Assembly: GCA_050741875.1 (NCBI GenBank)
Contig: JBOIGA010000001.1
Span: 1-52,015 of the forward strand
Reading direction: 5' to 3'
Source: Burkholderiales bacterium
Lineage (GTDB): Bacteria > Pseudomonadota > Gammaproteobacteria > Burkholderiales > JBOIGA01
DNA length: 52,015 bases
In this document: positions 22,828 through 30,984 of the stretch, piece by piece
Position numbering within the stretch: the first letter of the stretch is position 1
Layout: each line of letters begins with the position of its first letter
Program-made: the position numbers and the translations under genes
The notes under the pieces: generated by a model
What the model saw: only the letters and a program-made list of their open reading frames with translations
The model's database searches: none
Told to the model about the DNA's origin: nothing

Positions 22828-23337
22828 TCAGGCTGCGATCTGAAGAAAGCTCGGATGCTGCAGCAATTCACGGGCATTGAGTTCGTTCCAAAGGTTGCCT
22901 TCGTCGTCCAGATAACGCGCGGCAAGCCAGGGCGCTGGATCGGGGTTGTCGGTCAAACGCAATTGATCGGGTTTTTTCAATCCCAGCATTCGGTCGACGA
23001 GCAAGCCGCAATTAAGTCCGTATCGCTCGCCGACCAGCAAGAGGCGGCTGCTGCCGCGGATCGGGGAAACCGCCCCGCCGAGAAAAGCCGCGAAATCGAC
23101 GATGCCAAAAAGGTTGCCGCGAACGTTCGCGAGTCCGCGAAACCAAGGTCGCGTCAGCGGCACGGGAGTCAGTTCGGGAACGGGCAAGACTTCTCCCGCC
23201 CCGGCGAGAGGCACTACCCAATTGCTCTCGCCGGCGGCAGCGCTCAATTTGGAACTGTCGGATTGCGTCGCCCCCGCTTTTTGCAAACTGTCCATGAGCG
23301 CGATCTGGTAATCGCGAAGATTGATTCGCTGCGCCAT
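22828..23337 (-). CDS. pilI: CheW-like coupling protein PilI
   Basis: 169 aa with a CheW-domain pattern (RPWFRGLANVRGNLFGIVDF). Positioned between pilH and pilJ. Confidence 0.8.
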   Translation of the reverse strand: MAQRINLRDYQIALMDSLQKAGATQSDSSKLSAAAGESNWVVPLAGAGEVLPVPELTPVPLTRPWFRGLANVRGNLFGIVDFAAFLGGAVSPIRGSSRLLLVGERYGLNCGLLVDRMLGLKKPDQLRLTDNPDPAPWLAARYLDDEGNLWNELNARELLQHPSFLQIAA

Positions 23338-23702
23338 TACGCGATCTCCGCGATCTTCTTCAATAGCTCGGCCTGATTGATCGGCTTCACCAGGTAATCC
23401 TTGGCGCCCTGACGCAGGCCCCAGATGCGATCGGTCTCCTGGCCTTTCGAGGAGCAGATGATGATCGGGATATGTTTGGTATCGTCGTCCTTGCTCAATG
23501 TGCGCGTCGCCTGAAATCCGTTTTGGCCGGGCATGACGATGTCCATCAGGATAAGGTCGGGCTTGAGCTGTTTAGTTTTTGTGACCGCCTCTTCGGCATT
23601 CTCCGCGCTGGAAACCTGGTAGCCGTTCTTGCTGAGGATTTCCCCCAGAAAAGTTCGATCGGTCGCGGAATCCTCCACGACGAGAATATGTTTGACCGCC
23701 AT
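23337..23702 (-). CDS. pilH: CheY-like response regulator PilH
   Basis: 121-aa single REC domain (ILVVEDS, LILMDIVMPGQNG, KP). The ATG overlaps the pilI region. Confidence 0.85.
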   Translation of the reverse strand: MAVKHILVVEDSATDRTFLGEILSKNGYQVSSAENAEEAVTKTKQLKPDLILMDIVMPGQNGFQATRTLSKDDDTKHIPIIICSSKGQETDRIWGLRQGAKDYLVKPINQAELLKKIAEIA

Positions 23703-23711
23703 AAATCGCTC

Positions 23712-24104
23712 CTAAACTCTCTCTTCGATTTTTTGGGAATGATTGCCCACTGCCTTCAACAAACTGTCCTTCGAAAAAGGTTTGGTCAGGTACTCGTCGG
23801 ACCCGACCATGCGCCCGCGCGCACGATCGAAAACCCCGTCCTTGCTCGATAACATGATGACCGGCGTGGCCCTGAACTTTGGATTCTTCTTGATCAGCGA
23901 GCATGCCTGATAGCCATCCAAACGCGGCATCATGATGTCAACGAATATGACGTCGGGATGATGGTCGGTGATTTTGGCGAGAGCGTCGAAACCGTCCTCG
24001 GCCAAAATGACCTGACAACCCGCTTGGGTCAAAAAGATCTCGGCGCTTCGGCGTATGGTATTGCTATCGTCGATGATCATGACCTTAATTCCAGATAGGG
24101 TCAT
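23712..24104 (-). CDS. pilG: CheY-like response regulator PilG
   Basis: 130-aa single REC domain (VMIIDDS, VIFVDIMMPRLDG, YLTKP). First gene of the operon. Confidence 0.85.
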   Translation of the reverse strand: MTLSGIKVMIIDDSNTIRRSAEIFLTQAGCQVILAEDGFDALAKITDHHPDVIFVDIMMPRLDGYQACSLIKKNPKFRATPVIMLSSKDGVFDRARGRMVGSDEYLTKPFSKDSLLKAVGNHSQKIEERV

Positions 24105-24192
24105 ACCCGCTCATCCATTGTCATAGTGTGCTTGGTGAACGCGATTGCGCGTAGTGAAAAACGTCGACGTGAATCCCCTTTTTCCCGCTCTC

Positions 24193-24214
24193 AGTCCCCG
24201 CAATTGCGGGGACT
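24193..24214. promoter_or_regulatory. 22-nt perfect palindrome agtccccgcaattgcggggact upstream of pilG / downstream of the SBP gene
   Basis: Read directly from the sequence. Lies 89 nt upstream of the pilG ATG and 95 nt past the SBP stop. No flanking T-tract. Confidence 0.4.
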
Positions 24215-24308
24215 CGTTAGGCTACGCGTGGCCTTCAAAAAAATCAAGGTTGAAAAGAGTTTGTTTACGCTTGTTAACTGAATCCCTGAAGTCGTATTTA
24301 AACACAGA

Positions 24309-25433
24309 TCAGCGGATCAGCTTGTTGCCCTTGCCGATGATCGTCAGATCCACATACTTCGATCCGCCGTGATTGCTCGGCGCGAACGAGACGACGAAGC
24401 CGCCGACGTCGAGTTGACTGATCCTCTCCAGTTCGGCGATCAACTTGTCGCGAGTCAGGTCCTTGCCCACGCGGCGCAAACCCTCGACAAAGACCTTGGC
24501 GGCGACATAGCCTTCGATGCTCGTGTAGTCTAGCGCGCTCTGCGGGTTGACTCGCGCCATCGCTTTTTGATAATCGCGGACAACCGCTTCCGCGCCCCAC
24601 GGGAAAGGCATCACTTGCGAGACCGCAACGCCAACTCCATCGGTGCCCAGGTCATCGGCGAGCGATTTGGTGCCGACGAAAGAGACATTGAAAAACTGCG
24701 ATTTCATTCCGGCTTTCTTCGCCTGCCTGATAAATTCCGCGCAACTACGATATGCGCTGATCATGACCACAGCGTCGGGCTGTGCGGGGCCGATTGCTTT
24801 CACCGCCGCCGCGACATCGGTCGTATTGCGTTCCACCGTGCCGGTCGCGATGATTTTCAGCTTGCGTTTGGCCATCGCGCGCTCAACCCCCGCGAGGCCC
24901 GCTTTGCCGTACGAATCGTTCTGATACATGACCGCGATTTTTTCGATCGAGGTGGTGGTCAAGTGCTGCACGATCTTTTCGGTCTCGTCGTAATAGCTCG
25001 CGCGCACATTAAAAATGTATTTGTTGAACGGGTCGCGAAGCAGCTCAGCGCCGGTATAAGCGCCAAAAAACGGCACTTTTGCCGCAGTAAAGACAGGAAT
25101 CGAAGCCTGCGCGGTCGGCGTACCGACATAACCGAAAAGCGCAAAGACCTTTTCGTCTTCGATCAGCTTTTTGGTGTTCGGCGCGGCTCGATCGGGCTCG
25201 TAGCCATCATCGAGCGATTTCAATTCGATTTTTCGGCCGTGAACTCCGCCGTTGCGATTGACTTCGTCGAAGTAAGCCATCGCTCCTTCGCGCATTCCCG
25301 TGCCGAGGCCGGATGCGGGACCGCTTAGCGCAGCCGACTGACCGAGCACAATCGTATCCGGGTAAACTCCGTTTTCCGCGCGCGCGATTGAAAAGGCCGC
25401 GAGTAACACCAAGCCAAGTGGTAAGAACCTCAT
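24309..25433 (-). CDS. ABC-transporter periplasmic substrate-binding protein (LivJ/branched-chain amino-acid type I PBP family), orphan
   Basis: Start at ATG 25433 (MRFLPLGLVLLAAFSIARA, GGAGAA RBS) within ORF 24309..25634. Type I PBP pattern (LGQSAALSGPA, FGYVGTP). No permease or ATPase gene is adjacent. Confidence 0.8.
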   Translation of the reverse strand: MRFLPLGLVLLAAFSIARAENGVYPDTIVLGQSAALSGPASGLGTGMREGAMAYFDEVNRNGGVHGRKIELKSLDDGYEPDRAAPNTKKLIEDEKVFALFGYVGTPTAQASIPVFTAAKVPFFGAYTGAELLRDPFNKYIFNVRASYYDETEKIVQHLTTTSIEKIAVMYQNDSYGKAGLAGVERAMAKRKLKIIATGTVERNTTDVAAAVKAIGPAQPDAVVMISAYRSCAEFIRQAKKAGMKSQFFNVSFVGTKSLADDLGTDGVGVAVSQVMPFPWGAEAVVRDYQKAMARVNPQSALDYTSIEGYVAAKVFVEGLRRVGKDLTRDKLIAELERISQLDVGGFVVSFAPSNHGGSKYVDLTIIGKGNKLIR

Positions 25434-25527
25434 GATTTTTCTCCCCTGAGCGAGTTCTACAAGCGAACTGACGCGAAGGGGATAGCAACTTCCATGCCTA
25501 ATTTGCAGAAAAGCTGTTTTCGCCCCA

Positions 25528-26004
25528 ATGAGTTTCCGAATGAGCGTGACAAAAAGGCTTAAGTCGGCTCTTCGACTACGCTCAGGGCAGGCAGTGTTGC
25601 TGGCGGGGCTTTCTGCCGCGTGCGGATCAAACACGATCGAGGTCTGGGACGCCTGGGCACGGGCGACGGCGCCAGGACAAGAAGTCGCCGCAGCCTACAT
25701 GACGATCAGAAGCCCGGTCGAGACAGAGCTCATCGCCGCCGTAAGCGAGGTTGCGGAGGCGATCGAGATCCACAGCATGAGCATGGGGGATGGAATGATG
25801 CGGATGCGCAAGCTCGACAAGCTTAGTCTGCCGGCGCGCAAGGCATTTGCGCTCGAGCCAGCGGGTTATCACCTCATGCTGCTAAACCTGCGAAGGCCTT
25901 TGAATCAAGGGCAAACAATACCGCTCGTTCTCATCTTCGAGCGGGACGGCGAAACCCAAGTCAAGGTTGAAACGATCGCCCAAGTTCGCGGCCGCGCGGA
26001 TTAG
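25528..26004 (+). CDS. periplasmic copper chaperone PCu(A)C (DUF461)
   Basis: 158 aa. The pattern AWARATAPGQEVAAAYMTI..IEIHSMSMGDGMMRMRKL..GYHLMLLNL is the H(M)X10MX21HXM-type Cu(I) site region of PCuAC. The start is uncertain because codons 13-21 are contributed by a REP-like element. Confidence 0.8.
   Translation: MSFRMSVTKRLKSALRLRSGQAVLLAGLSAACGSNTIEVWDAWARATAPGQEVAAAYMTIRSPVETELIAAVSEVAEAIEIHSMSMGDGMMRMRKLDKLSLPARKAFALEPAGYHLMLLNLRRPLNQGQTIPLVLIFERDGETQVKVETIAQVRGRAD
25568..25591. repeat. REP-like module ctcttcgactacgctcagggcagg (inverted copy of the module at 42946-42969)
   Basis: The reverse complement cctgccctgagcgtagtcgaagag matches cctgtgctgagcgtagtcgaaggg at 21/24 positions. Confidence 0.55.
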
Positions 26005-26037
26005 GCAAAACGCCAGAATCTCGACTCTTTCGGCAAG

Positions 26038-26802
26038 TTATTGGCAAGCCTCGGGAGCCGCCTTCCAAGTCCCGAGTATCGCGTTTTCGCGCCGCAGGTT
26101 TTCCATTATTTCGAGTCCACCTTGCTTAACGGCGCGCAGATCTGAATCGGGGAGTTCCTGAACGATTCTCGACAGGGCCTGGGCTCCGGAAAGTTTGCCC
26201 GCTGCAAGCAATCGCACAAGCTTCGCGCTGACGGGATTGAGCACAATGAACCGTACCGCGTCACCCAAATCGCGGAAAACCAGCAGATGCGTAGGCTCCT
26301 CGCTCTGTGGCAAGTGCTTGGGCGAAATCTTGTGAACGGCGTAAGGGTAGTGAAGGAGAGATCGAACCGGGTTCAACGCGGGTCGCCTCGTAAGCAGATC
26401 GCCGTGCGGTTCGATCTTGGCGAATTCAATCTCCTCGTTCGAGGTGTCAACAGCGAGCTCAACCCACTCGTAGTGCGCGAGATGAATAAGCCAATCCGGA
26501 TCTCCCCGGCGGGATTGCAGGTGTTCGAGAAACTCTTCGGGAATTTGCCGAAACAGCGGAGTGCGGCACCGGTGGAAAGCGAAAAACTCGCGAACGATCT
26601 CATCCCATTTTCGCCTGCTCAAGACTTTCCGGCAGACGGGAAAACACGCGAGGAGAAAATTTTCGACATTGTTGTATAGGAGCTCGTCGTAGATTTTCAT
26701 CCGCCGCGCCGCAACGCCCGCGGGCGCCGGATGTTTTTTCGGGTCGCGAATGTGCCGGGTAAATTCGAACTGATAGCGCTGGAAATTAGGATGCCGCGGC
26801 AT
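26038..26802 (-). CDS. DUF2063-family protein, HvfC/BufC-like partner of the MNIO enzyme
   Basis: Start at ATG 26802 ([21 protein letters not shown]) within ORF 26038..27000. It overlaps the stop of the upstream DUF692 gene by 17 nt. The N-terminal FQxxFxxxIRDP pattern is typical of DUF2063. Confidence 0.75.
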   Translation of the reverse strand: MPRHPNFQRYQFEFTRHIRDPKKHPAPAGVAARRMKIYDELLYNNVENFLLACFPVCRKVLSRRKWDEIVREFFAFHRCRTPLFRQIPEEFLEHLQSRRGDPDWLIHLAHYEWVELAVDTSNEEIEFAKIEPHGDLLTRRPALNPVRSLLHYPYAVHKISPKHLPQSEEPTHLLVFRDLGDAVRFIVLNPVSAKLVRLLAAGKLSGAQALSRIVQELPDSDLRAVKQGGLEIMENLRRENAILGTWKAAPEACQ

Positions 26803-27607
26803 GCTGCAGTCTGGCGATGTGCGCGACTTCCCTGGTGAGATCGGCGAGCGGTGGAATGTTGAAATCGCGCTCAAGCAAAGTCGGCTTGACGCCGAACAAC
26901 TCGTAGCTGAACTCGAGTAGACGCCAGACCGGGTTGATGACCGTGGCGGCATGCGTATCGACGAGCAAATCGGGAGCTTCGACGTAATGCCCCGCCACAT
27001 GCAGATACGCTACCCGGTCCCGCGGCAAGCATTCGATAAATTCGCGTGCGTCGTAACCATGATTGACACTGTTGACGAAGACGTTGTTTACATCGAGGTG
27101 CAAAAAGCAATCGGCTTCCTCGAGCACCGCGCGGATGAATTCGAGTTCCGACATCTCGTTGATCGCGGGAGCGACGTAGAAAGACGCGTTCTCGACGGCA
27201 ATTTTCCGCTCGAGAGTGTCCTGGACAGATCGAATACGTCCGGCGACGTAGCGCACGGCCTCTTCGGTAAACGGGATCGGAAGCAGATCGTACAAATGTC
27301 CGTCGTCGCTGCAGTACGAAAGGTGCTCGGTGTAGAGCGAAACGCCGTGCAATGTCAAAAACGCCTTGATTCGGCGCAGCAGCTCTTCATCGAGCGGCGC
27401 GGGGCCGCCGAGCGAAAGCGATAGACCGTGACAGACGAAAGGATAGCGCTCGGTGAAATAGCGCAAGTTTTTGCCGTGCGCGCCGCCGACCTCGATCCAG
27501 TTTTCCGGAGCGACTTCGAAGAACTCGATGACTTTGGGAACGCGCTTCTTGAGCGCCGGAATCAGTTCCCGGCGAAAACCCAAACCCGCGCCATGGACAC
27601 CGGTCAC
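26786..27607 (-). CDS. DUF692 / MNIO-family (MbnB/HvfB/BufB-like) multinuclear non-heme iron oxidative enzyme
   Basis: The core [72 protein letters not shown] is the TIM-barrel DUF692 signature. The start is provisionally the GTG at 27607. The 64 codons upstream in the ORF track are an out-of-frame reading of the precursor gene. Confidence 0.85.
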   Translation of the reverse strand: MTGVHGAGLGFRRELIPALKKRVPKVIEFFEVAPENWIEVGGAHGKNLRYFTERYPFVCHGLSLSLGGPAPLDEELLRRIKAFLTLHGVSLYTEHLSYCSDDGHLYDLLPIPFTEEAVRYVAGRIRSVQDTLERKIAVENASFYVAPAINEMSELEFIRAVLEEADCFLHLDVNNVFVNSVNHGYDAREFIECLPRDRVAYLHVAGHYVEAPDLLVDTHAATVINPVWRLLEFSYELFGVKPTLLERDFNIPPLADLTREVAHIARLQHAAAS

Positions 27608-27626
27608 GGCGCGGGGTGACAAATGA

Positions 27627-27914
27627 CTACTTGCTGGCCCCGCACTTTCCTTCGCCACACTTGCCGTCGGCTTTCTTGTCGGAAGTCTTGTTCGCGCCGC
27701 ATTTGCCTTCACCACACTTGCCGTCGGCTTTCTTGTCGGCCGACTTGCTGGCCCCGCACTTTCCTTCGCCGCATTTGCCTTCCTTGTCCTTGGCTTCATC
27801 GGCGGCGACTTGATAGCCGGAGCTTAAGCTTTCCATTGCGAAAGGATTGGCATTCGCGACCGAGAAAGCCATCATCGACAACGCACTGCCCAATACTGCA
27901 ATCGACTGTTTCAC
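27627..27914 (-). CDS. secreted Cys-repeat precursor (HvfA-like): signal peptide + 3 x [..[15 protein letters not shown]]
   Basis: The GTG at 27914 lies 6 nt after AGGAG. Product: [22 protein letters not shown]|[73 protein letters not shown]. Six Cys, all in GKCG context. It lies 20 nt upstream of the DUF692 gene on the same strand. Confidence 0.8.
   Translation of the reverse strand: MKQSIAVLGSALSMMAFSVANANPFAMESLSSGYQVAADEAKDKEGKCGEGKCGASKSADKKADGKCGEGKCGANKTSDKKADGKCGEGKCGASK
27630..27790. repeat. three tandem ~54-57-nt coding repeats inside the precursor gene
   Basis: The units cttgctggccccgcactttccttcgccacacttgccgtcggctttcttgtcgg, aagtcttgttcgcgccgcatttgccttcaccacacttgccgtcggctttcttgtcgg and ccgacttgctggccccgcactttccttcgccgcatttgcc are contiguous. 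Confidence 0.85.
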
Positions 27915-28120
27915 GTCTATCTCCTGAAGTTGAATTAATTGCAATCTTTCGTCGCCTGACCCAGCCTTCCCGCGTCAGTCACCAGTGTCTCTTTCAAGCT
28001 TCGCCCGACTATCTCGAAAAAATCTTCTTTCTATCTCGGCATTTCGGCCGACAACGATTTTCGGGTAAAAGCCAGCGGCCCGCAAACACTTACGGTGGCG
28101 CCCGCCAGTTGGATGAACCA

Positions 28121-28149
28121 CTTGAAATAAACGAGGCGGCACCCATTTT
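28121..28149 (+). promoter_or_regulatory. sigma32 (RpoH)-type heat-shock promoter for the hsp20 gene
   Basis: cttgaaa (28121-28127), then 14 nt, then cccatttt (28142-28149). The consensus is CTTGAA-N13-17-CCCCATnT. Lies about 48 nt upstream of the ATG at 28197. Confidence 0.55.
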
Positions 28150-28196
28150 GAGGCTGTCAGCGCCAAAGCGCTAAGTTAAAATATAGGAGATAAGAG

Positions 28197-28622
28197 ATGG
28201 CTAACGTTGTTCGCCACGGTCCTCTCGAGGACGTCCTTGACGACTCGTTTCGTGGATTCGTCATGCGACCGCTCGGTTTCGAACGCGAGACCGGCGCCGC
28301 GCATATCAAGGTCGACGTGTCTGAAAATGACAACGCCTACGTCGTTAAGGCGGAGCTTCCCGGCGTCAAGAAGGACGAGATAAACGTCACTATTAACGCA
28401 AACCAGGTCGCAATTTCGGCTGAAGTTAAAAAAGAGAAAGAACTCAAAAACGGTGACAAAGAGCTTCACACCGAGCGCTATTACGGCAAGATGTACCGCT
28501 CCTTCACTCTTGGGCAAGAGGTAGACGAAGGAAGTGCACAAGCGAAGTACACCGACGGCGTGCTCGAGCTTACACTCCCGAAGAAAGCGGCGACGCAAGC
28601 GAAAAAACTCGCGATCCGGTAA
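28197..28622 (+). CDS. Hsp20/alpha-crystallin small heat-shock protein
   Basis: 141 aa with the alpha-crystallin domain pattern (DVSENDNAYVVKAELPGVKKDEINVTI..GKMYRSFTL..AKYTDGVLELTLPK) and a strong AGGAGA RBS. Confidence 0.9.
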   Translation: MANVVRHGPLEDVLDDSFRGFVMRPLGFERETGAAHIKVDVSENDNAYVVKAELPGVKKDEINVTINANQVAISAEVKKEKELKNGDKELHTERYYGKMYRSFTLGQEVDEGSAQAKYTDGVLELTLPKKAATQAKKLAIR

Positions 28623-29612
<990 letters not shown>

Positions 29613-29632
29613 GCGAAGCGGAAGGGAGACGA

Positions 29633-30202
29633 ATGCCAGCCAGGCCAGGGGAAAGGCGCCAGCAGATTCTGCAGACTCTAGCGCAGATGCTCGAAAATCC
29701 GCTCGGAGAAAAAATCACTACTGCGGCGCTTGCCGACCGGCTCGATGTCTCCGAAGCCGCGCTTTACCGCCATTTTGCGAGCAAGGCGCAGATGTTCGAA
29801 GGGTTGATCGAATTCATCGAGCAAACGCTTTTCGGCCTCATCAATAAGATCACCGCCGAAGAGCCCGCCGGCGCGGCACAGATCGAGGCAATCGTTTCGG
29901 TGCTGCTCGGCTTTGCGCAGAAAAATCCGGGAATGACTCGTGTCCTCATCGGCGACGCGCTCGTCAACGAGCACGAGCGGCTGCAGGCGCGAATCAATCA
30001 GTTGCTCGATCGCGTCGAAGCGACGCTCAAGCAGTCGTTGAAATTCGCCGAAGCTGAAGGCCAGGAGTCGGGCAACGCGCAAGTCGCGGCCAACATTCTC
30101 GTTTGTTACGTTGTCGGCCGCTGGCATCAGCACGCCAAGAGCGGGTTCAAGCGCGATCCGCTCGCCGGTTGGTCTGACGCGGCGCAAGTGCTAATCAAGT
30201 GA
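29633..30202 (+). CDS. slmA: TetR-family regulator, nucleoid occlusion factor SlmA-like
   Basis: 189 aa. N-terminus RRQQILQTLAQMLENPLGEKITTAALADRLDVSEAALYRHFASKAQMFEGLIEFIE resembles SlmA. The assignment to SlmA rather than a generic TetR regulator is by recollection of that motif. Confidence 0.65.
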   Translation: MPARPGERRQQILQTLAQMLENPLGEKITTAALADRLDVSEAALYRHFASKAQMFEGLIEFIEQTLFGLINKITAEEPAGAAQIEAIVSVLLGFAQKNPGMTRVLIGDALVNEHERLQARINQLLDRVEATLKQSLKFAEAEGQESGNAQVAANILVCYVVGRWHQHAKSGFKRDPLAGWSDAAQVLIK

Positions 30203-30947
30203 CGCGTCCACATACCTCGCAGTCGCGATCTTTGCTGAGCTTGATTTCCCGCCACTCCATGGCGAGGGCATCTATCAGCAGCAGCCTGCCGGCGAGGGTT
30301 TGACCGGCGCCGGTCAACAGCTTTAATGTCTCAGCCGCCTGTATGGCGCCGATGATTCCGGTCAAGGGCGCAAAAACTCCCATCACTGCGCAGCGTTCCT
30401 CTTCGGCTTCGCCCATTTCCGGAAAAAGGCAGTGGTAGCACGCGCTGTCTTCACTTCGTAGATCGAACACCGCAACCTGACCATCAAATCGGATTGCCGC
30501 GCCGGAGACTAGGGGTTTTTTGAATTCCACGCACGCGCCGTTTGTCGCATGACGCGTGGCGAAATTGTCGCTGCAATCGAGCACAACATCGGCGTTTTTG
30601 ACAAGTACCGCTAGCTCGTCCCCAGCGACTTTTCTTGCGATTACCGCGATTTCAACTTCAGGGTTGATGCGGGCGAGCGTTCGCCGCGCCGATTCTGTCT
30701 TGAGCGTTCCGATCGCCGGCGTGTCGTGAACGATCTGTCGCTGCAGGTTGGTAAGATCGACTGTTTCGCCGTCGCATATCGTGATCTTGCCAACGCCGCT
30801 GGCCGCGAGATACAAGGCCGCCGGCGAACCCAAGCCGCCCGCACCGATGATAAGAGCGTGTGAGGCGAGCAGTTTTTGCTGCCCGCCAATTCCGATTTGC
30901 TGAAGAAGGATGTGCCGGCTGTAGCGCAGCAGTTGCTCGTCAGTCAT
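30195..30947 (-). CDS. moeB: molybdopterin-synthase adenylyltransferase MoeB (ThiF/HesA/MoeB family)
   Basis: Start at ATG 30947 (MTDEQLLRYSRHILL). Nucleotide loop IIGAGGLGSP and Zn motifs CYHC..CEVC. Confidence 0.8.
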   Translation of the reverse strand: MTDEQLLRYSRHILLQQIGIGGQQKLLASHALIIGAGGLGSPAALYLAASGVGKITICDGETVDLTNLQRQIVHDTPAIGTLKTESARRTLARINPEVEIAVIARKVAGDELAVLVKNADVVLDCSDNFATRHATNGACVEFKKPLVSGAAIRFDGQVAVFDLRSEDSACYHCLFPEMGEAEEERCAVMGVFAPLTGIIGAIQAAETLKLLTGAGQTLAGRLLLIDALAMEWREIKLSKDRDCEVCGRVT

Positions 30948-30984
30948 CTGCGAGCGAGAAAAGGCGCTGGCGCGCCTTTTTGTT

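Noticed and set aside
27630-27790. Regular ~55-nt direct repeats that could superficially look like a CRISPR array
   Set aside because: The repeats are contiguous with no unique spacers. They are only about 85-90% identical, lie in an ORF with a coherent peptide repeat, and no cas genes are nearby.
27608-27799. N-terminal 64 codons of the DUF692 ORF, containing a repeated RKPTASV(A/V)K.. peptide
   Set aside because: This is the tandem DNA repeat of the Cys-rich precursor gene read in a different frame. The DUF692 homology starts only at ..GAGLGFRRE. The precursor frame has a proper RBS, a signal peptide and a stop 20 nt before the GTG at 27607.
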